From the NCBI GenBank assembly GCA_017959745.1, contig JAGDAA010000160.1, forward strand, positions 1-33,098: a stretch of DNA of 33,098 bases, written 5' to 3'. The notes beneath the pieces are model-generated. The model saw only the letters and a program-made list of their open reading frames with translations, made no database searches and was not told the DNA's origin. The stretch comes from Clostridia bacterium. GTDB lineage: Bacteria > Bacillota > Clostridia > Oscillospirales > SIG627. The translations under genes were made by a program, and so were the position numbers. This document shows, in pieces, positions 18,934 to 28,286 of this stretch (positions are counted from its first letter, which is position 1; every line of letters begins with the position of its first letter).

Positions 18934-19257
18934 TTACACTTTCATAAACCGCTCAACATCCACAACAAAGATGGTGGCGCCGCCTACGTGAACCTTTATC
19001 GGATAGGAACCGATACCGGGGCTGAATTGAGAGTAGTCGATGGGCGTAAGCTGGGTACGCCGGCGGGAATGATCCCGGATCACGCCGATCACATCCTCCA
19101 CTTTGTCATCCTCCACTCCGGAAATAAAAGTGGTGTTGCCTTTCTGCAAAAAGCCGCCTGTGGACGCAAGCTTTGTCACGGGGATCTGCTCTTTGCGTAG
19201 GGCGGACATCACGTCCTGTGAATCGTCGTTGTTGACGATGGCAAAGATCATTTTCAT
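18934..19257 (-). CDS. darA: Cyclic-di-AMP receptor, PII-like (DarA/PstA/YaaQ)
   Basis: MKMIFAIV, TKLASTGGFLQKGNTT and VGGATIFVVDVE. Confidence 0.93.
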   Translation of the reverse strand: MKMIFAIVNNDDSQDVMSALRKEQIPVTKLASTGGFLQKGNTTFISGVEDDKVEDVIGVIRDHSRRRTQLTPIDYSQFSPGIGSYPIKVHVGGATIFVVDVERFMKV

Positions 19258-19312
19258 TCCGGTCCCTCCCCTTGAATCGTGCGTTCCACACTATTCCTAT
19301 TATCCAAGTTTC

Positions 19313-19341
19313 AGTATAGCACAGATCTCGGGTTTTGTCAA
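19313..19341 (-). promoter_or_regulatory. sigmaA promoter of the darA-holB-murA-ricT unit
   Basis: Minus strand TTGACA-17 nt-TATACT with TGn extension. Confidence 0.82.
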
Positions 19342-19353
19342 AAGGATATTGGG

Positions 19354-19387
19354 AAAAATGAAAAGCGGCGTTTCACGCCGCTTTTCA
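19354..19387 (-). terminator. Intrinsic terminator after the ABC transporter gene
   Basis: 13-bp stem TGAAAAGCGGCGT/ACGCCGCTTTTCA with a T run on the minus strand. Confidence 0.75.
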
Positions 19388-19403
19388 GGATGAATGGGAG
19401 GAT

Positions 19404-22370
19404 TTATTCACTGCGCAGCGCCACAACGGGATCCCGCCGCGCGGCGACTCCTGAGGGGATCAATCCCGCCAGATATGTCAGTGCCATGCTGATAACCACC
19501 AGGATGACAGCCCCGATCGCCGGCAGGGCGGCGCCGATGGTGGAAATGCCGGAAAGGGAGCGGATAATGGCATTGATGGGGATGATGAGGATCAGTGTGA
19601 ACCCGATGCCGATGAGACCGGCGACAAATCCCTCGATCAGGGTTTCCGCATTGAAGACCCGGGCGATATCCCGCCGGGAGGCGCCGATGGAACGGAGAAT
19701 ACCGATTTCTTTGGTGCGTTCCAATACGGAAATGTAGGTGATGATTCCGATCATAATGGAGGAGACCACCAGGGAGATAGCGACAAAGGCGACCAAAACG
19801 TAGGAAATGGCGTTGATGATGGTAGAAATGGAGGACATCAGAAGCGCGACGTAATCGGTATAGGTGATCTGGTCCGCTTCGGATTTGCCCTCGTTGTAGG
19901 CGGCGATGCAGTCGGAAATAGCGTCCTTATCGTTGAAGGTGTTGGCGTAGATATAAATGGCATCCGGCTTTTCCTGATCCAGGTATCCGATCCGTTTTAG
20001 AACATCTTTTTGATTGGATTCGGAGAATAGAGCCGGCATATAGTTATCATAGAGCGTTACCAGCTGGCTGGCGCTGAAAGTGCTCTGCGCCAGCGCCGCG
20101 TCAAACGCCGCCGCCAACTGGGCTTCGCTGTAGGCGCTGAAGCGGCGCGTGGCTTCCCGGGTATACTGCTGACGGATCTGCTCCGCCAATCCGTCCGTTA
20201 CCGCCTTGCGCAGATCCTCATCGGACATTTCCGCAACGTAGGAGAGAATATATCCGGTATCCGTTCCTTCTTTTTCGCTGGCGGTGATGTACCCGACGAC
20301 GAGTTGTTCCAAACCCGCCCGATCCAGACCGCCGATGGTCTGGTCAATCGCGGCGGCGACGTATTCGTCGCTCGCCTGGGTCATCAGGGAGAGATACATG
20401 GCACTCTTCTGGGACGGGTCGGCGTCTTTCGCCCAATCGGTGATCAATCCGGGCTTATCCTCTTCGCCGGGGACGGGGTCGTTTTCGGTGCGGAAGGGAA
20501 GCCCTAACACAACGTCCGTCTCGGGATGATCAAACTGCGCCTGTACCATTTCCTGCTTTTTCGTTTCCGTGAGGATATATTCGGTCAGAGCGGCCGTATA
20601 GCCCATAGTCCCGTTCAGCATCCCGGCGGTGGCGTCCTCTTTCTGACGGATGACGCCGGATATGGTCAGCGTGATGCCGCGGTCGCTGTTAAAGAGATAG
20701 TTCAGCCCGTTTTCCGTTTCCGTCAGCAGCGTATAGCCCTGTTCCAGGTTCTTTTGATACAGTTCCGGGGTCAGGAACAGGCGAAAGCTGCGAGAGAGTA
20801 CATCCTCATAGGAAAAGGCGCGGTACTGAATATCAATCTGCTCCCCCTGGCTGGTGGTTTTCAGTTGATCCGCCAGCTCGCTCATGGTCTTGAATCCCAG
20901 CGCGCCCAGCATCATATCGCTGACTTCATTGTTCTTATCAACGATCAGGACCACCTGATCGTAGCGCTCCGGCCATTTACCAGCCAGCAGGTCATACTGT
21001 CCGGGGATCAGGCTGTTGATCAAGGCGCCGTCCTCCCCGGGGAGCATTTCCTCCCAGAGCCTCAGGCGTGAAAAGTTCGCGCCTTCGTCTCTGGCGCCGA
21101 ACGCCTCAGAAGGGATCCCCGCTTCCCGGAAAACGTCCTTCATCATCGTATTCACGTCGCTGCGTCTGCGAAGACCATCGCCATCCTCCGTGTAGATGTT
21201 CAGATCCACGTTGTAGCTATAGTGAACGTCGGAAATATGGGATCCGATCCCCTCAGTATCTTTTTCCAGATAGTCGCGAAACGCCTTTGTGTCGTTGGTG
21301 TTGACGCCGGCACTGTTCAGGGAGTTGACCAGCTCGCCCATAACACTGGAGGAATAGACCGCGTCCAGTTCGTGTGCTTCGCCGGCCTCCCCCCGGCGAA
21401 TGCCCATCAGGGTTGTCAGTACGCCGCTGAGGTCTATGCTCTCCGCCTGAATGATAATGGGATAGCTGGAAAGTGTGTCTTCCTGGACCTGCTCAATATA
21501 CTGATTGATGCCGTTTGAGAGCGACAGGATCAGGGCGATCCCGATGATGCCGATGGATCCGGCGAAGGCGGTGAGAAGGGTGCGCCCCTTCTTTGTCATC
21601 AGATTATGAAGGGAGAGACTCAGCGCCGTGAAGAAGGACATGGAGGGCCTTTTTACCTTCACGTCCGCGCTTTTCTCCTTTTCGTCCCGGTCGTCATAGG
21701 GCATGGAATCATCCACCACTTTTCCGTCCAGGAGCTTTATGATGCGTGTGGAATACGTTTCCGCCAGGGCGGGGTTGTGGGTAACCATGATGACCAGTCT
21801 GTCTTGCGCCACTTCTTTCAGCAGATCCATAATCTGTACGCTGGTGACGGAATCCAGCGCGCCGGTGGGCTCGTCCGCCAGCAGGATCTCCGGATCGTTC
21901 ACCAGGGCTCTGGCAATGGCGACCCTTTGCATCTGACCGCCGGACAGCTGGTTCGGACGCTTTTTCATTTGATCCTTCAAGCCAACCCGCTCCAACGCCT
22001 TCCGGGCTCTATTCCTACGCTCCGATTTGGAAACGCCGGAGAGAGTGAGCGCCAGCTCCACGTTGGCGAGCACACTTTGGTGGGGGATAAGGTTATAGTT
22101 CTGAAACACAAATCCAACGGAATGGTTGCGGTAAGCGTCCCAGTCAATGGGGGAAAACTGCTTTGTGCTTTTCCCGTTGATGACAAGATCCCCCTCCGTG
22201 TAGCGATCCAGCCCGCCGATGAGGTTGAGCAGCGTGGTTTTTCCGCACCCGGAAGGCCCCAATACGGAAACAAATTCATTCTTTCTGAAAGACAAATCAA
22301 TCCCGCGCAAAGCGGAGACCCGATCGTCTCCGGAAAGGTAATCTTTGGTAATGCCACACAGTTTCAGCAT
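19404..22370 (-). CDS. Fused ABC transporter ATP-binding protein/permease (MacB/FtsX-like)
   Basis: GPSGCGKT, LSGGQMQR and LADEPTG; one TM helix, a large extracellular domain, then C-terminal SVLERTKEIGILRSIGA permease. Confidence 0.92.
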   Translation of the reverse strand: MLKLCGITKDYLSGDDRVSALRGIDLSFRKNEFVSVLGPSGCGKTTLLNLIGGLDRYTEGDLVINGKSTKQFSPIDWDAYRNHSVGFVFQNYNLIPHQSVLANVELALTLSGVSKSERRNRARKALERVGLKDQMKKRPNQLSGGQMQRVAIARALVNDPEILLADEPTGALDSVTSVQIMDLLKEVAQDRLVIMVTHNPALAETYSTRIIKLLDGKVVDDSMPYDDRDEKEKSADVKVKRPSMSFFTALSLSLHNLMTKKGRTLLTAFAGSIGIIGIALILSLSNGINQYIEQVQEDTLSSYPIIIQAESIDLSGVLTTLMGIRRGEAGEAHELDAVYSSSVMGELVNSLNSAGVNTNDTKAFRDYLEKDTEGIGSHISDVHYSYNVDLNIYTEDGDGLRRRSDVNTMMKDVFREAGIPSEAFGARDEGANFSRLRLWEEMLPGEDGALINSLIPGQYDLLAGKWPERYDQVVLIVDKNNEVSDMMLGALGFKTMSELADQLKTTSQGEQIDIQYRAFSYEDVLSRSFRLFLTPELYQKNLEQGYTLLTETENGLNYLFNSDRGITLTISGVIRQKEDATAGMLNGTMGYTAALTEYILTETKKQEMVQAQFDHPETDVVLGLPFRTENDPVPGEEDKPGLITDWAKDADPSQKSAMYLSLMTQASDEYVAAAIDQTIGGLDRAGLEQLVVGYITASEKEGTDTGYILSYVAEMSDEDLRKAVTDGLAEQIRQQYTREATRRFSAYSEAQLAAAFDAALAQSTFSASQLVTLYDNYMPALFSESNQKDVLKRIGYLDQEKPDAIYIYANTFNDKDAISDCIAAYNEGKSEADQITYTDYVALLMSSISTIINAISYVLVAFVAISLVVSSIMIGIITYISVLERTKEIGILRSIGASRRDIARVFNAETLIEGFVAGLIGIGFTLILIIPINAIIRSLSGISTIGAALPAIGAVILVVISMALTYLAGLIPSGVAARRDPVVALRSE

Positions 22371-22418
22371 CTTGAGCTCCTTATGTGTTCAATCAGTTTA
22401 CAAGTTCGTTCTTTGGGC

Positions 22419-22447
22419 ATTATACCATTCTGTGGAAAGCCTGTAAA
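22419..22447 (-). promoter_or_regulatory. sigmaA promoter of the ABC transporter gene
   Basis: Minus strand TTTACA-17 nt-TATAAT with TGn extension. Confidence 0.7.
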
Positions 22448-22495
22448 GAACATTTCGTGTCTTTTTCTATTCAATAATTATGAATAAAGCGGGAA

Positions 22496-22524
22496 TTGAC
22501 AAATCCCTGCCTTTTCTGTATAGT
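22496..22524 (+). promoter_or_regulatory. sigmaA promoter of the yhbY unit
   Basis: TTGACA-17 nt-TATAGT. Confidence 0.78.
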
Positions 22525-22552
22525 ATAAAAAGCGATGATAGGAGGCATACTG

Positions 22553-22849
22553 ATGCTGACAGGAAAACAAAGGGCGTATCTGCGCTCTCTTGCCAACGGG
22601 ATCCAGGCGAAATACCAGGTCGGAAAAGCGGGCATTGATGACGAGGCGTTTTTGACCCAACTGGATCTGGCTTTGGAAAAGAATGAATTGATCAAGATCA
22701 CGGTGCTTGAAACCGCGCCGGAATCTCCACGCGCCACTTCCGACGCGTTGTGCGAAAAACTGGGGGCGGACGGCGTTCAAGCTATCGGTAAAAAAATCGT
22801 TTTGTATCGGAAGAGCAAAGAAGAACCCGTGATCGAGTTGCCCCGGTGA
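22553..22849 (+). CDS. yhbY: YhbY (CRM domain) RNA-binding protein
   Basis: MLTGKQRAYLRSLA, QVGKAG, ELIKITVL and VQAIGKKIVLYR; AGGAGG RBS. Confidence 0.93.
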   Translation: MLTGKQRAYLRSLANGIQAKYQVGKAGIDDEAFLTQLDLALEKNELIKITVLETAPESPRATSDALCEKLGADGVQAIGKKIVLYRKSKEEPVIELPR

Positions 22850-22858
22850 GGTGAAACA

Positions 22859-23590
22859 ATGGTTGGTGAGACTTACATATACAGTTACGGTTTTTGGGAT
22901 ATTTTTCAGTACTTCGGATATTTTTTCGTGCTGATCGCCGCCCTCGCGAGTCTGATCGTGAGCGCAAACGTAAAGCTTACATTCAGAAAATGGTCAAAGT
23001 ATCCCACGCGTCCCGGTCTGACTGGCGCGGAATCCGCCCGCCTTGTTCTGCAGGCAAACGGCGTTTCGGGCGTTCGTATCGCTCCGTGCTCCGGGGAACT
23101 GACGGATCACTTTGATCCCCGGGACAATACCGTATACTTATCTGAAACGGTTTTTGACAAGGCGACCGCCGCCGCGGTTGGCGTCGCCGCTCACGAGGCG
23201 GGTCACGCTGTCCAGCACGCCCAGGCGTATGGACCGATCAAGCTTCGTCAGGCGATCATTCCTGCGACCAATATCGGCTCCCGTCTTTCCACGCCCCTGA
23301 TCATAGCTGGGCTTGTGTTTCCCGCGGTTTATCCCCTCGCCCTGATCGGTGTATTCCTGTTTGGGCTTTGTGTTGTGTTTCAGCTGGTGACCCTTCCCGT
23401 GGAGTTTAACGCGTCCCGGCGCGCCGTACAGTGCCTTTCTTCCAACGGCATTCTCGCGGGCGATGAATTGAAGGGCGCGAAAAAGACTCTGACCGCCGCC
23501 GCGTTGACCTATGTGGCTGCCTTGTCGGTTGCTCTGCTGCAATTCTTGAGACTCTTGGCGATCGTCAGCGGAGGGAGGCGAAGAAGATGA
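22859..23590 (+). CDS. YugP-like membrane zinc metallopeptidase
   Basis: LTDHFDP, AAHEAGHAVQH (HExxH), TLPVEFNASRRA and AAALTYVAA. Confidence 0.9.
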   Translation: MVGETYIYSYGFWDIFQYFGYFFVLIAALASLIVSANVKLTFRKWSKYPTRPGLTGAESARLVLQANGVSGVRIAPCSGELTDHFDPRDNTVYLSETVFDKATAAAVGVAAHEAGHAVQHAQAYGPIKLRQAIIPATNIGSRLSTPLIIAGLVFPAVYPLALIGVFLFGLCVVFQLVTLPVEFNASRRAVQCLSSNGILAGDELKGAKKTLTAAALTYVAALSVALLQFLRLLAIVSGGRRRR

Positions 23591-24003
23591 ATGTGTTTCG
23601 CAATATCAGGGAACGTATGAACCGCTTTATGGTCGGTCGCTACGGGACCGACGCGTTAAACAGGGGACTGCTCATTCTTTGGGTCGTCTTTCTGATCATC
23701 GCTTTTATCACGGGGTCTCTGTGGCTTTACATTCCCCAGTTAATCCTTTGTCTGATCATTTTCTGGCGGATGCTCTCCCGCAATATTGTCCGCAGACAGC
23801 GGGAAAACCACGGTTACTACGAATTGATGAAGAAGATCGGTACCTCATGGCGGCGCGCTATGGTGAGACTCCGGGACCGTAAAACGGCGAACTTTTTCCG
23901 CTGCCCACGCTGCCGGGCGGATATCCGGATGCCCAAACAGATCGGGAGCTTTCGGATCCGCTGCCCCAAGTGCGGGGAGGAATTTAACAAAACTTTCCGA
24001 TAA
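23587..24003 (+). CDS. Hypothetical membrane protein with a C-terminal zinc ribbon
   Basis: FMVGRYGTD, two TM helices and CPRC-x16-CPKC; ATGA overlap with the upstream gene. Confidence 0.8.
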   Translation: MNVFRNIRERMNRFMVGRYGTDALNRGLLILWVVFLIIAFITGSLWLYIPQLILCLIIFWRMLSRNIVRRQRENHGYYELMKKIGTSWRRAMVRLRDRKTANFFRCPRCRADIRMPKQIGSFRIRCPKCGEEFNKTFR

Positions 24004-24041
24004 CATCGGAAAAGCCGTTTTGAGAAAAAATGAAAAAAAGC

Positions 24042-24070
24042 TTGACAAAGCGGGGATTATTGTGTAATAT
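24042..24070 (+). promoter_or_regulatory. sigmaA promoter of T-box leader 1
   Basis: TTGACA-17 nt-TAATAT. Confidence 0.78.
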
Positions 24071-24079
24071 ACCCGCATA

Positions 24080-24338
24080 AATGCAAGGATGATATTACGT
24101 TTTCCGGCAATGCTTTCCAAGAGAGCCGCGGCAGGTGTGAAGCGGTAAAGGATCCGGAGGACGGTCTCGTATCGGAGCAGAGCGCCCGAAAGGAAACCGG
24201 TAAGGCGCTACGGGAGATCCCGTTACAGGTCGGGGACTTGCTTGAGTCCCGCAGAGTGGCTGGATTTACAGCAACCCGGGTGGTACCGTGGCAAAAATCG
24301 TTTTGTCATCCCGCGGAGGTTATCTCCGCGGGTTTTTT
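24080..24338 (+). ncRNA. T-box riboswitch, predicted Leu specifier (CUC at 24166-24168)
   Basis: Stem I with AGAGA bulge and GGTGTGAA loop; T-box GGGTGGTACCGTGG at 24278-24291; antiterminator helices CGGG/CCCG and GTGGCAAAA/TTTTGTCAT; overlapping terminator. Confidence 0.92.
24310..24338 (+). terminator. Attenuator terminator of T-box 1
   Basis: CCCGCGGAG-gttat-CTCCGCGGG-TTTTTT; shares its 5' arm with the antiterminator. Confidence 0.88.
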
Positions 24339-24363
24339 GTTTGAAGTGTAGAAAGGAATCGGT

Positions 24364-25752
24364 ATGAAAAAAATCTTCGTCTGCGACTGCACCCTTCCCG
24401 TTCTTACCGGCGAGCGCACCCGCCCGCTTTTGGCGAGAGAAAAGAACGCTCTGGCACAGCGCCTTGACGCGTTGGGCGTGGATATTCTGGAGCTTCCCGC
24501 CGTACGGAACATAAAAGAGGATACCATTATCCATAAGACAATCGCCTCCGGCGTGGGAGGAAGGATACTCGCTGTACCCGCCGGGGACAGTGAGGAAGCT
24601 GTTGATGCCGCCTGGGAGGGTGTTTCCGGCGCGGAAAAGCCCATGTTGACGATCGCGCTCCCGATCTCCACCGTGCAGATGGAGTACCGCTATCACCTGA
24701 AGGAAAACAAGATGGCGGGGAAGGTTAGCGCTCTGGTCGGGTATGCGAAGAAAAAAGGATGTCTTGTGGCGTTTTCCGCCGGCGACGCTTCTCGGGCATC
24801 CGAGCCATTTCTGACGGAGATATCCCGTACCGCTGTCGCCGCCGGCGCCGATTATCTGATCTTCTGCGACGACGCGGGGGATCTTTTGCCTGAGGAACTC
24901 GCCCGCAAGATCCGCTTGGTCAAGGATGCTGTTACGGTGCCCGTTATTGTCTCTCTCTCCGACAGTATCCATTGCGCCTGTGCCAACGCTATAACGGCAT
25001 TGCGCGCCGGCGCGGACGGCGTTCGTTGCGCTGTGACCGGGGCAGACGTGCTTCATACCGGCGCTCTCGCCGCGGCGATTGCCGCGTTGGGCGATACCCT
25101 TTCCATCTCTGTCGGATTGAGGGAAACCGAGGTCCATAATGATATTTCCGAAATGTTAAAGCATGTTTCCTCTTCCCAAAAGCCCGTATCAGGGAGTGAA
25201 TCCGCCGGTGTGATCCTGGACGCTGAAAGCACGCCCGCTCAGATCGGTGAAGCGGTCCGTTCCCTGGGATACGATCTTTCCGCTGACGATTTGGGAAAGG
25301 TCTGCGAATCCGTCGCCCGCATCTGTGAGAAAAAGAGCAGCATCGGGGACGTGGAACTGGAAGCGGTCATCGCTTCTTCCGCTATGCAGGCGCCTTCCAC
25401 CTACCATTTGGTCAGTTATCAGATCACCAGCAGCAACGTTGCCAGGGCAATGGCGAGCATCACGCTCTCCCGCGGGGATGAAACGGTGTGCGGCGTGGCA
25501 ACCGGCGACGGACCCATCGATTGTTGCTTTAAGGCCATTGAACAGTCCATCGGCTACCATTATGAACTGGACGATTTTCAGATCCAGGCGGTGACGGAGG
25601 GTAAGGAGGCTTTGGGCTCCGCGCTGGTCCGTCTGCGCAGTCAGGGAAAACTGTACTCCGGAAACGGTCTCTCCGCCGATATTGTCGGCGCCAGTATCCG
25701 CGCGTATATCAACGCTTTGAACAAGATTGTCTATGAGGAAACAGAAAGATGA
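24364..25752 (+). CDS. LeuA (2-isopropylmalate synthase)-like protein with a degenerate catalytic barrel and intact allosteric domain
   Basis: C-terminal GDGPID...QAVTEGKEALG...G.G.S.DIVGASIRAYINALNK is conserved. DTTLRDGEQ has become DCTLPVLTG and HxHND has become SLSD. Confidence 0.85.
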   Translation: MKKIFVCDCTLPVLTGERTRPLLAREKNALAQRLDALGVDILELPAVRNIKEDTIIHKTIASGVGGRILAVPAGDSEEAVDAAWEGVSGAEKPMLTIALPISTVQMEYRYHLKENKMAGKVSALVGYAKKKGCLVAFSAGDASRASEPFLTEISRTAVAAGADYLIFCDDAGDLLPEELARKIRLVKDAVTVPVIVSLSDSIHCACANAITALRAGADGVRCAVTGADVLHTGALAAAIAALGDTLSISVGLRETEVHNDISEMLKHVSSSQKPVSGSESAGVILDAESTPAQIGEAVRSLGYDLSADDLGKVCESVARICEKKSSIGDVELEAVIASSAMQAPSTYHLVSYQITSSNVARAMASITLSRGDETVCGVATGDGPIDCCFKAIEQSIGYHYELDDFQIQAVTEGKEALGSALVRLRSQGKLYSGNGLSADIVGASIRAYINALNKIVYEETER

Positions 25753-28211
25753 AGCTCGTCTTTTCAACGCATAACGTTAAGCGGGGATTCTTTTTGGATC
25801 TTTGCCGGATGGCTTTTGATTATGGCTTTTCCGGGTTTGAGATTTATGATGCCGTTTCCGAGCGCCGCTACCACGGGGACAGCGTTCTTCGCGCTGAGAT
25901 CGCATCCGATGCCAAGAGGAAGCTCCACAACCGCTCTCTCTCCGTTTCCGCGCTGACGGTCCCGCTTCCTCTGGAGGATGACGGATGTACGCCGCGCCTT
26001 TTGCTCCAGTACGTTGAAATGGCGCAGAGCGCCGGGGTGGAGCAGATCATCGTCCATACCGCCGGTGAAAACGATCTGCCTCTGTTTATGGAAAAACTCG
26101 GGGACGCCGTTAAGCGGGCGGAAGCTCTGGGTGTGGAGATCCTGTTTGAAACCACGGGATACCTGGCTGAAACGGAACACGCCCTGGAGATCGTCAACGG
26201 CTTTTCCTCCGCCGCCATCGGCGTAGCGTGGAACATCCGGGAAACCTTCTTCTCCGCCGGTGAAAGCGCCGAGAACACCATCAAAACGCTGGGCGCCTAC
26301 ATCCGTTACGTTCGCTTTGGCGACCGCAAGGAGGGAAAGGACGTTCTCGTTGGCGAAGGGGAACTCCCCGCGGTCTCCTTTATCAATGCCCTTCGCTCCC
26401 TGAATTTTGAGGGGTATATCGCCTGCGCCTGGAATGAGGAGATTACAGACGCGGATATTGTTTTAACGCATTTTCAAACTTATATGACCGGCTTTGAGAA
26501 AAGCGCTCATACCACCCGGGCTTTGCCCACGAACCGTGCCGGTACGGGGACTTTTCCCTGGAAAAAGTACGATACCATCGACCTGACCTTTCCCCAGGTG
26601 CTGGACGTAATGGCGGAGACTTATCCCGATCAGCTGGCGTTCAAATATACCACGCTGGATTATACCCGCACCTACGCCCAGTTTCGCCGAGATGTTGACC
26701 GGGTGGCGGCGGCTTTCATCGCTATGGGCGTGAAGCCCGGCTATCACGTTGCCATCTGGGCGACAAACGTTCCCGCCTGGTTTTTGACCTTCTGGGCGGC
26801 TACCAAGATCGGCGCCGTTCTGGTGACGGTAAATACCGCCTATAAGATCCACGAGGCGGAATACCTGCTGCGGCAGTCCGATACACACACTCTCATTATG
26901 ATCGAGTCTTCCAAGGATTCCGACTATAAGGGGATCATGGAGGAACTGTGCCCCGAGCTTGCCACGCTGGAAAAGGGAAAGCCCCTGTACGCCAAACGGC
27001 TTCCGTTTCTCCGGAACATTATTACCGTCGACTTTTCTATGAATGGATGCCTCACCTGGGAGGAAATGATGGACACGGCGGAGCGCACGCCCCCCGAGGA
27101 AGTCCGCCGCCGCGCCTCCCGGGTCCGTCCGGACGACGTATGTAATATGCAGTATACCTCCGGCACCACCGGTTTTCCCAAGGGCGTTATGCTGACCCAT
27201 TCCAATATTATCAACAACGGTAAGATCATCGGCGACCGTATGGATATGTCCACCGCGGACCGGATGATGATCCAGGTGCCTATGTTCCATTGCTTCGGCA
27301 TGGTGCTCTCCATGACCAATATGATGACCCACGGCGGCACCATGTGCCCCATGCCCTATTTTTCGCCGAAGTCCTGCCTGTCCTGTATCACAAACGAAAA
27401 GATCACCTGCTTCAACGGCGTACCCACTATGTTCATTGCACTTTTCAATCATGAGGACTTCGCCGTGACCGATTTCTCTCATATGCGTACCGGCATTATG
27501 GCGGGCTCCAACTGTCCGCCGGACCTGATGCGCCGCGCCGCGAGAGAAATGAATATGCGGGAGATCCTTTCCGTGTACGGGCAGACCGAATCTAGTCCGG
27601 GCTGCACCATGGGCGAGGTAAACGAGGATGAGGATCATCGGGTGGAAACCGTCGGCTCGGCTTTTCCGGGTGTTCAGTGCAAAATCATCGACCCCGAGAC
27701 CGGAAAGGATTTACCAGACGGAGAGAACGGCGAGTTCGTGGCAAAGGGCTTCAATATTATGAAAGGCTATTACAAAATGCCGGAAGCCACCAAACAGACC
27801 ATCGATGAAGATGGCTGGCTCCATACCGGCGATATCTGCTGCCGCACGACGGACGGATATTACAAGGTGACCGGACGTTTGAAGGATATGATCATCCGCG
27901 GCGGAGAAAATCTGTATCCCCGGGAGATCGAAGAGTTTTACCTGACCCATCCCAAGGTGAGGGACGTACAGGTCATCGGTGTGCCGGATGAGAAGTACGG
28001 GGAGGAGGCGTGCGCCTGGATAATCCTTCACGACCACGAGGAAAGCGGGGAAGAGGAAATGCGTGAATACGGCAATGCTCATATGGCGCGCCACAAGGTG
28101 CCCCGGTACTTCCTGTTCGTAAAGGATTTTCCCATGAACGCCGCCGGAAAGATTTTAAAGTACAAGATGAAGGAAAGCTCTGTGGAGCTTTTGGGTCTGG
28201 AAAAGAAATAA
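25749..28211 (+). CDS. Fusion of a degenerate xylose-isomerase-like TIM barrel and an AMP-forming acyl-CoA ligase
   Basis: The first ~250 aa resemble the AP-endonuclease-2/sugar epimerase barrel. C-terminal YTSGTTGFPKG, YGQTE, GWLHTGD, GRLKDMIIRGGEN and GKILK motifs are intact. Confidence 0.88.
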   Translation: MKLVFSTHNVKRGFFLDLCRMAFDYGFSGFEIYDAVSERRYHGDSVLRAEIASDAKRKLHNRSLSVSALTVPLPLEDDGCTPRLLLQYVEMAQSAGVEQIIVHTAGENDLPLFMEKLGDAVKRAEALGVEILFETTGYLAETEHALEIVNGFSSAAIGVAWNIRETFFSAGESAENTIKTLGAYIRYVRFGDRKEGKDVLVGEGELPAVSFINALRSLNFEGYIACAWNEEITDADIVLTHFQTYMTGFEKSAHTTRALPTNRAGTGTFPWKKYDTIDLTFPQVLDVMAETYPDQLAFKYTTLDYTRTYAQFRRDVDRVAAAFIAMGVKPGYHVAIWATNVPAWFLTFWAATKIGAVLVTVNTAYKIHEAEYLLRQSDTHTLIMIESSKDSDYKGIMEELCPELATLEKGKPLYAKRLPFLRNIITVDFSMNGCLTWEEMMDTAERTPPEEVRRRASRVRPDDVCNMQYTSGTTGFPKGVMLTHSNIINNGKIIGDRMDMSTADRMMIQVPMFHCFGMVLSMTNMMTHGGTMCPMPYFSPKSCLSCITNEKITCFNGVPTMFIALFNHEDFAVTDFSHMRTGIMAGSNCPPDLMRRAAREMNMREILSVYGQTESSPGCTMGEVNEDEDHRVETVGSAFPGVQCKIIDPETGKDLPDGENGEFVAKGFNIMKGYYKMPEATKQTIDEDGWLHTGDICCRTTDGYYKVTGRLKDMIIRGGENLYPREIEEFYLTHPKVRDVQVIGVPDEKYGEEACAWIILHDHEESGEEEMREYGNAHMARHKVPRYFLFVKDFPMNAAGKILKYKMKESSVELLGLEKK

Positions 28212-28245
28212 GGACTTTTTTCGCCCGAAAAATTACGAAAAGACC

Positions 28246-28274
28246 TTGACAACAGACAAACGCGGTGATACAAT
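28246..28274 (+). promoter_or_regulatory. sigmaA promoter of T-box leader 2
   Basis: TTGACA-17 nt-TACAAT with TGn extension. Confidence 0.82.
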
Positions 28275-28286
28275 CGCCATAGTCCC

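Noticed and set aside
24364-25752. Calling this gene functional leuA, or a pseudogene
   Set aside because: Catalytic residues are missing and no leuBCD are adjacent, yet the frame is intact and the regulatory domain is conserved.
28216-28233. Hairpin after ligase 1 as a terminator
   Set aside because: The stem is mostly A/T with no following U tract.
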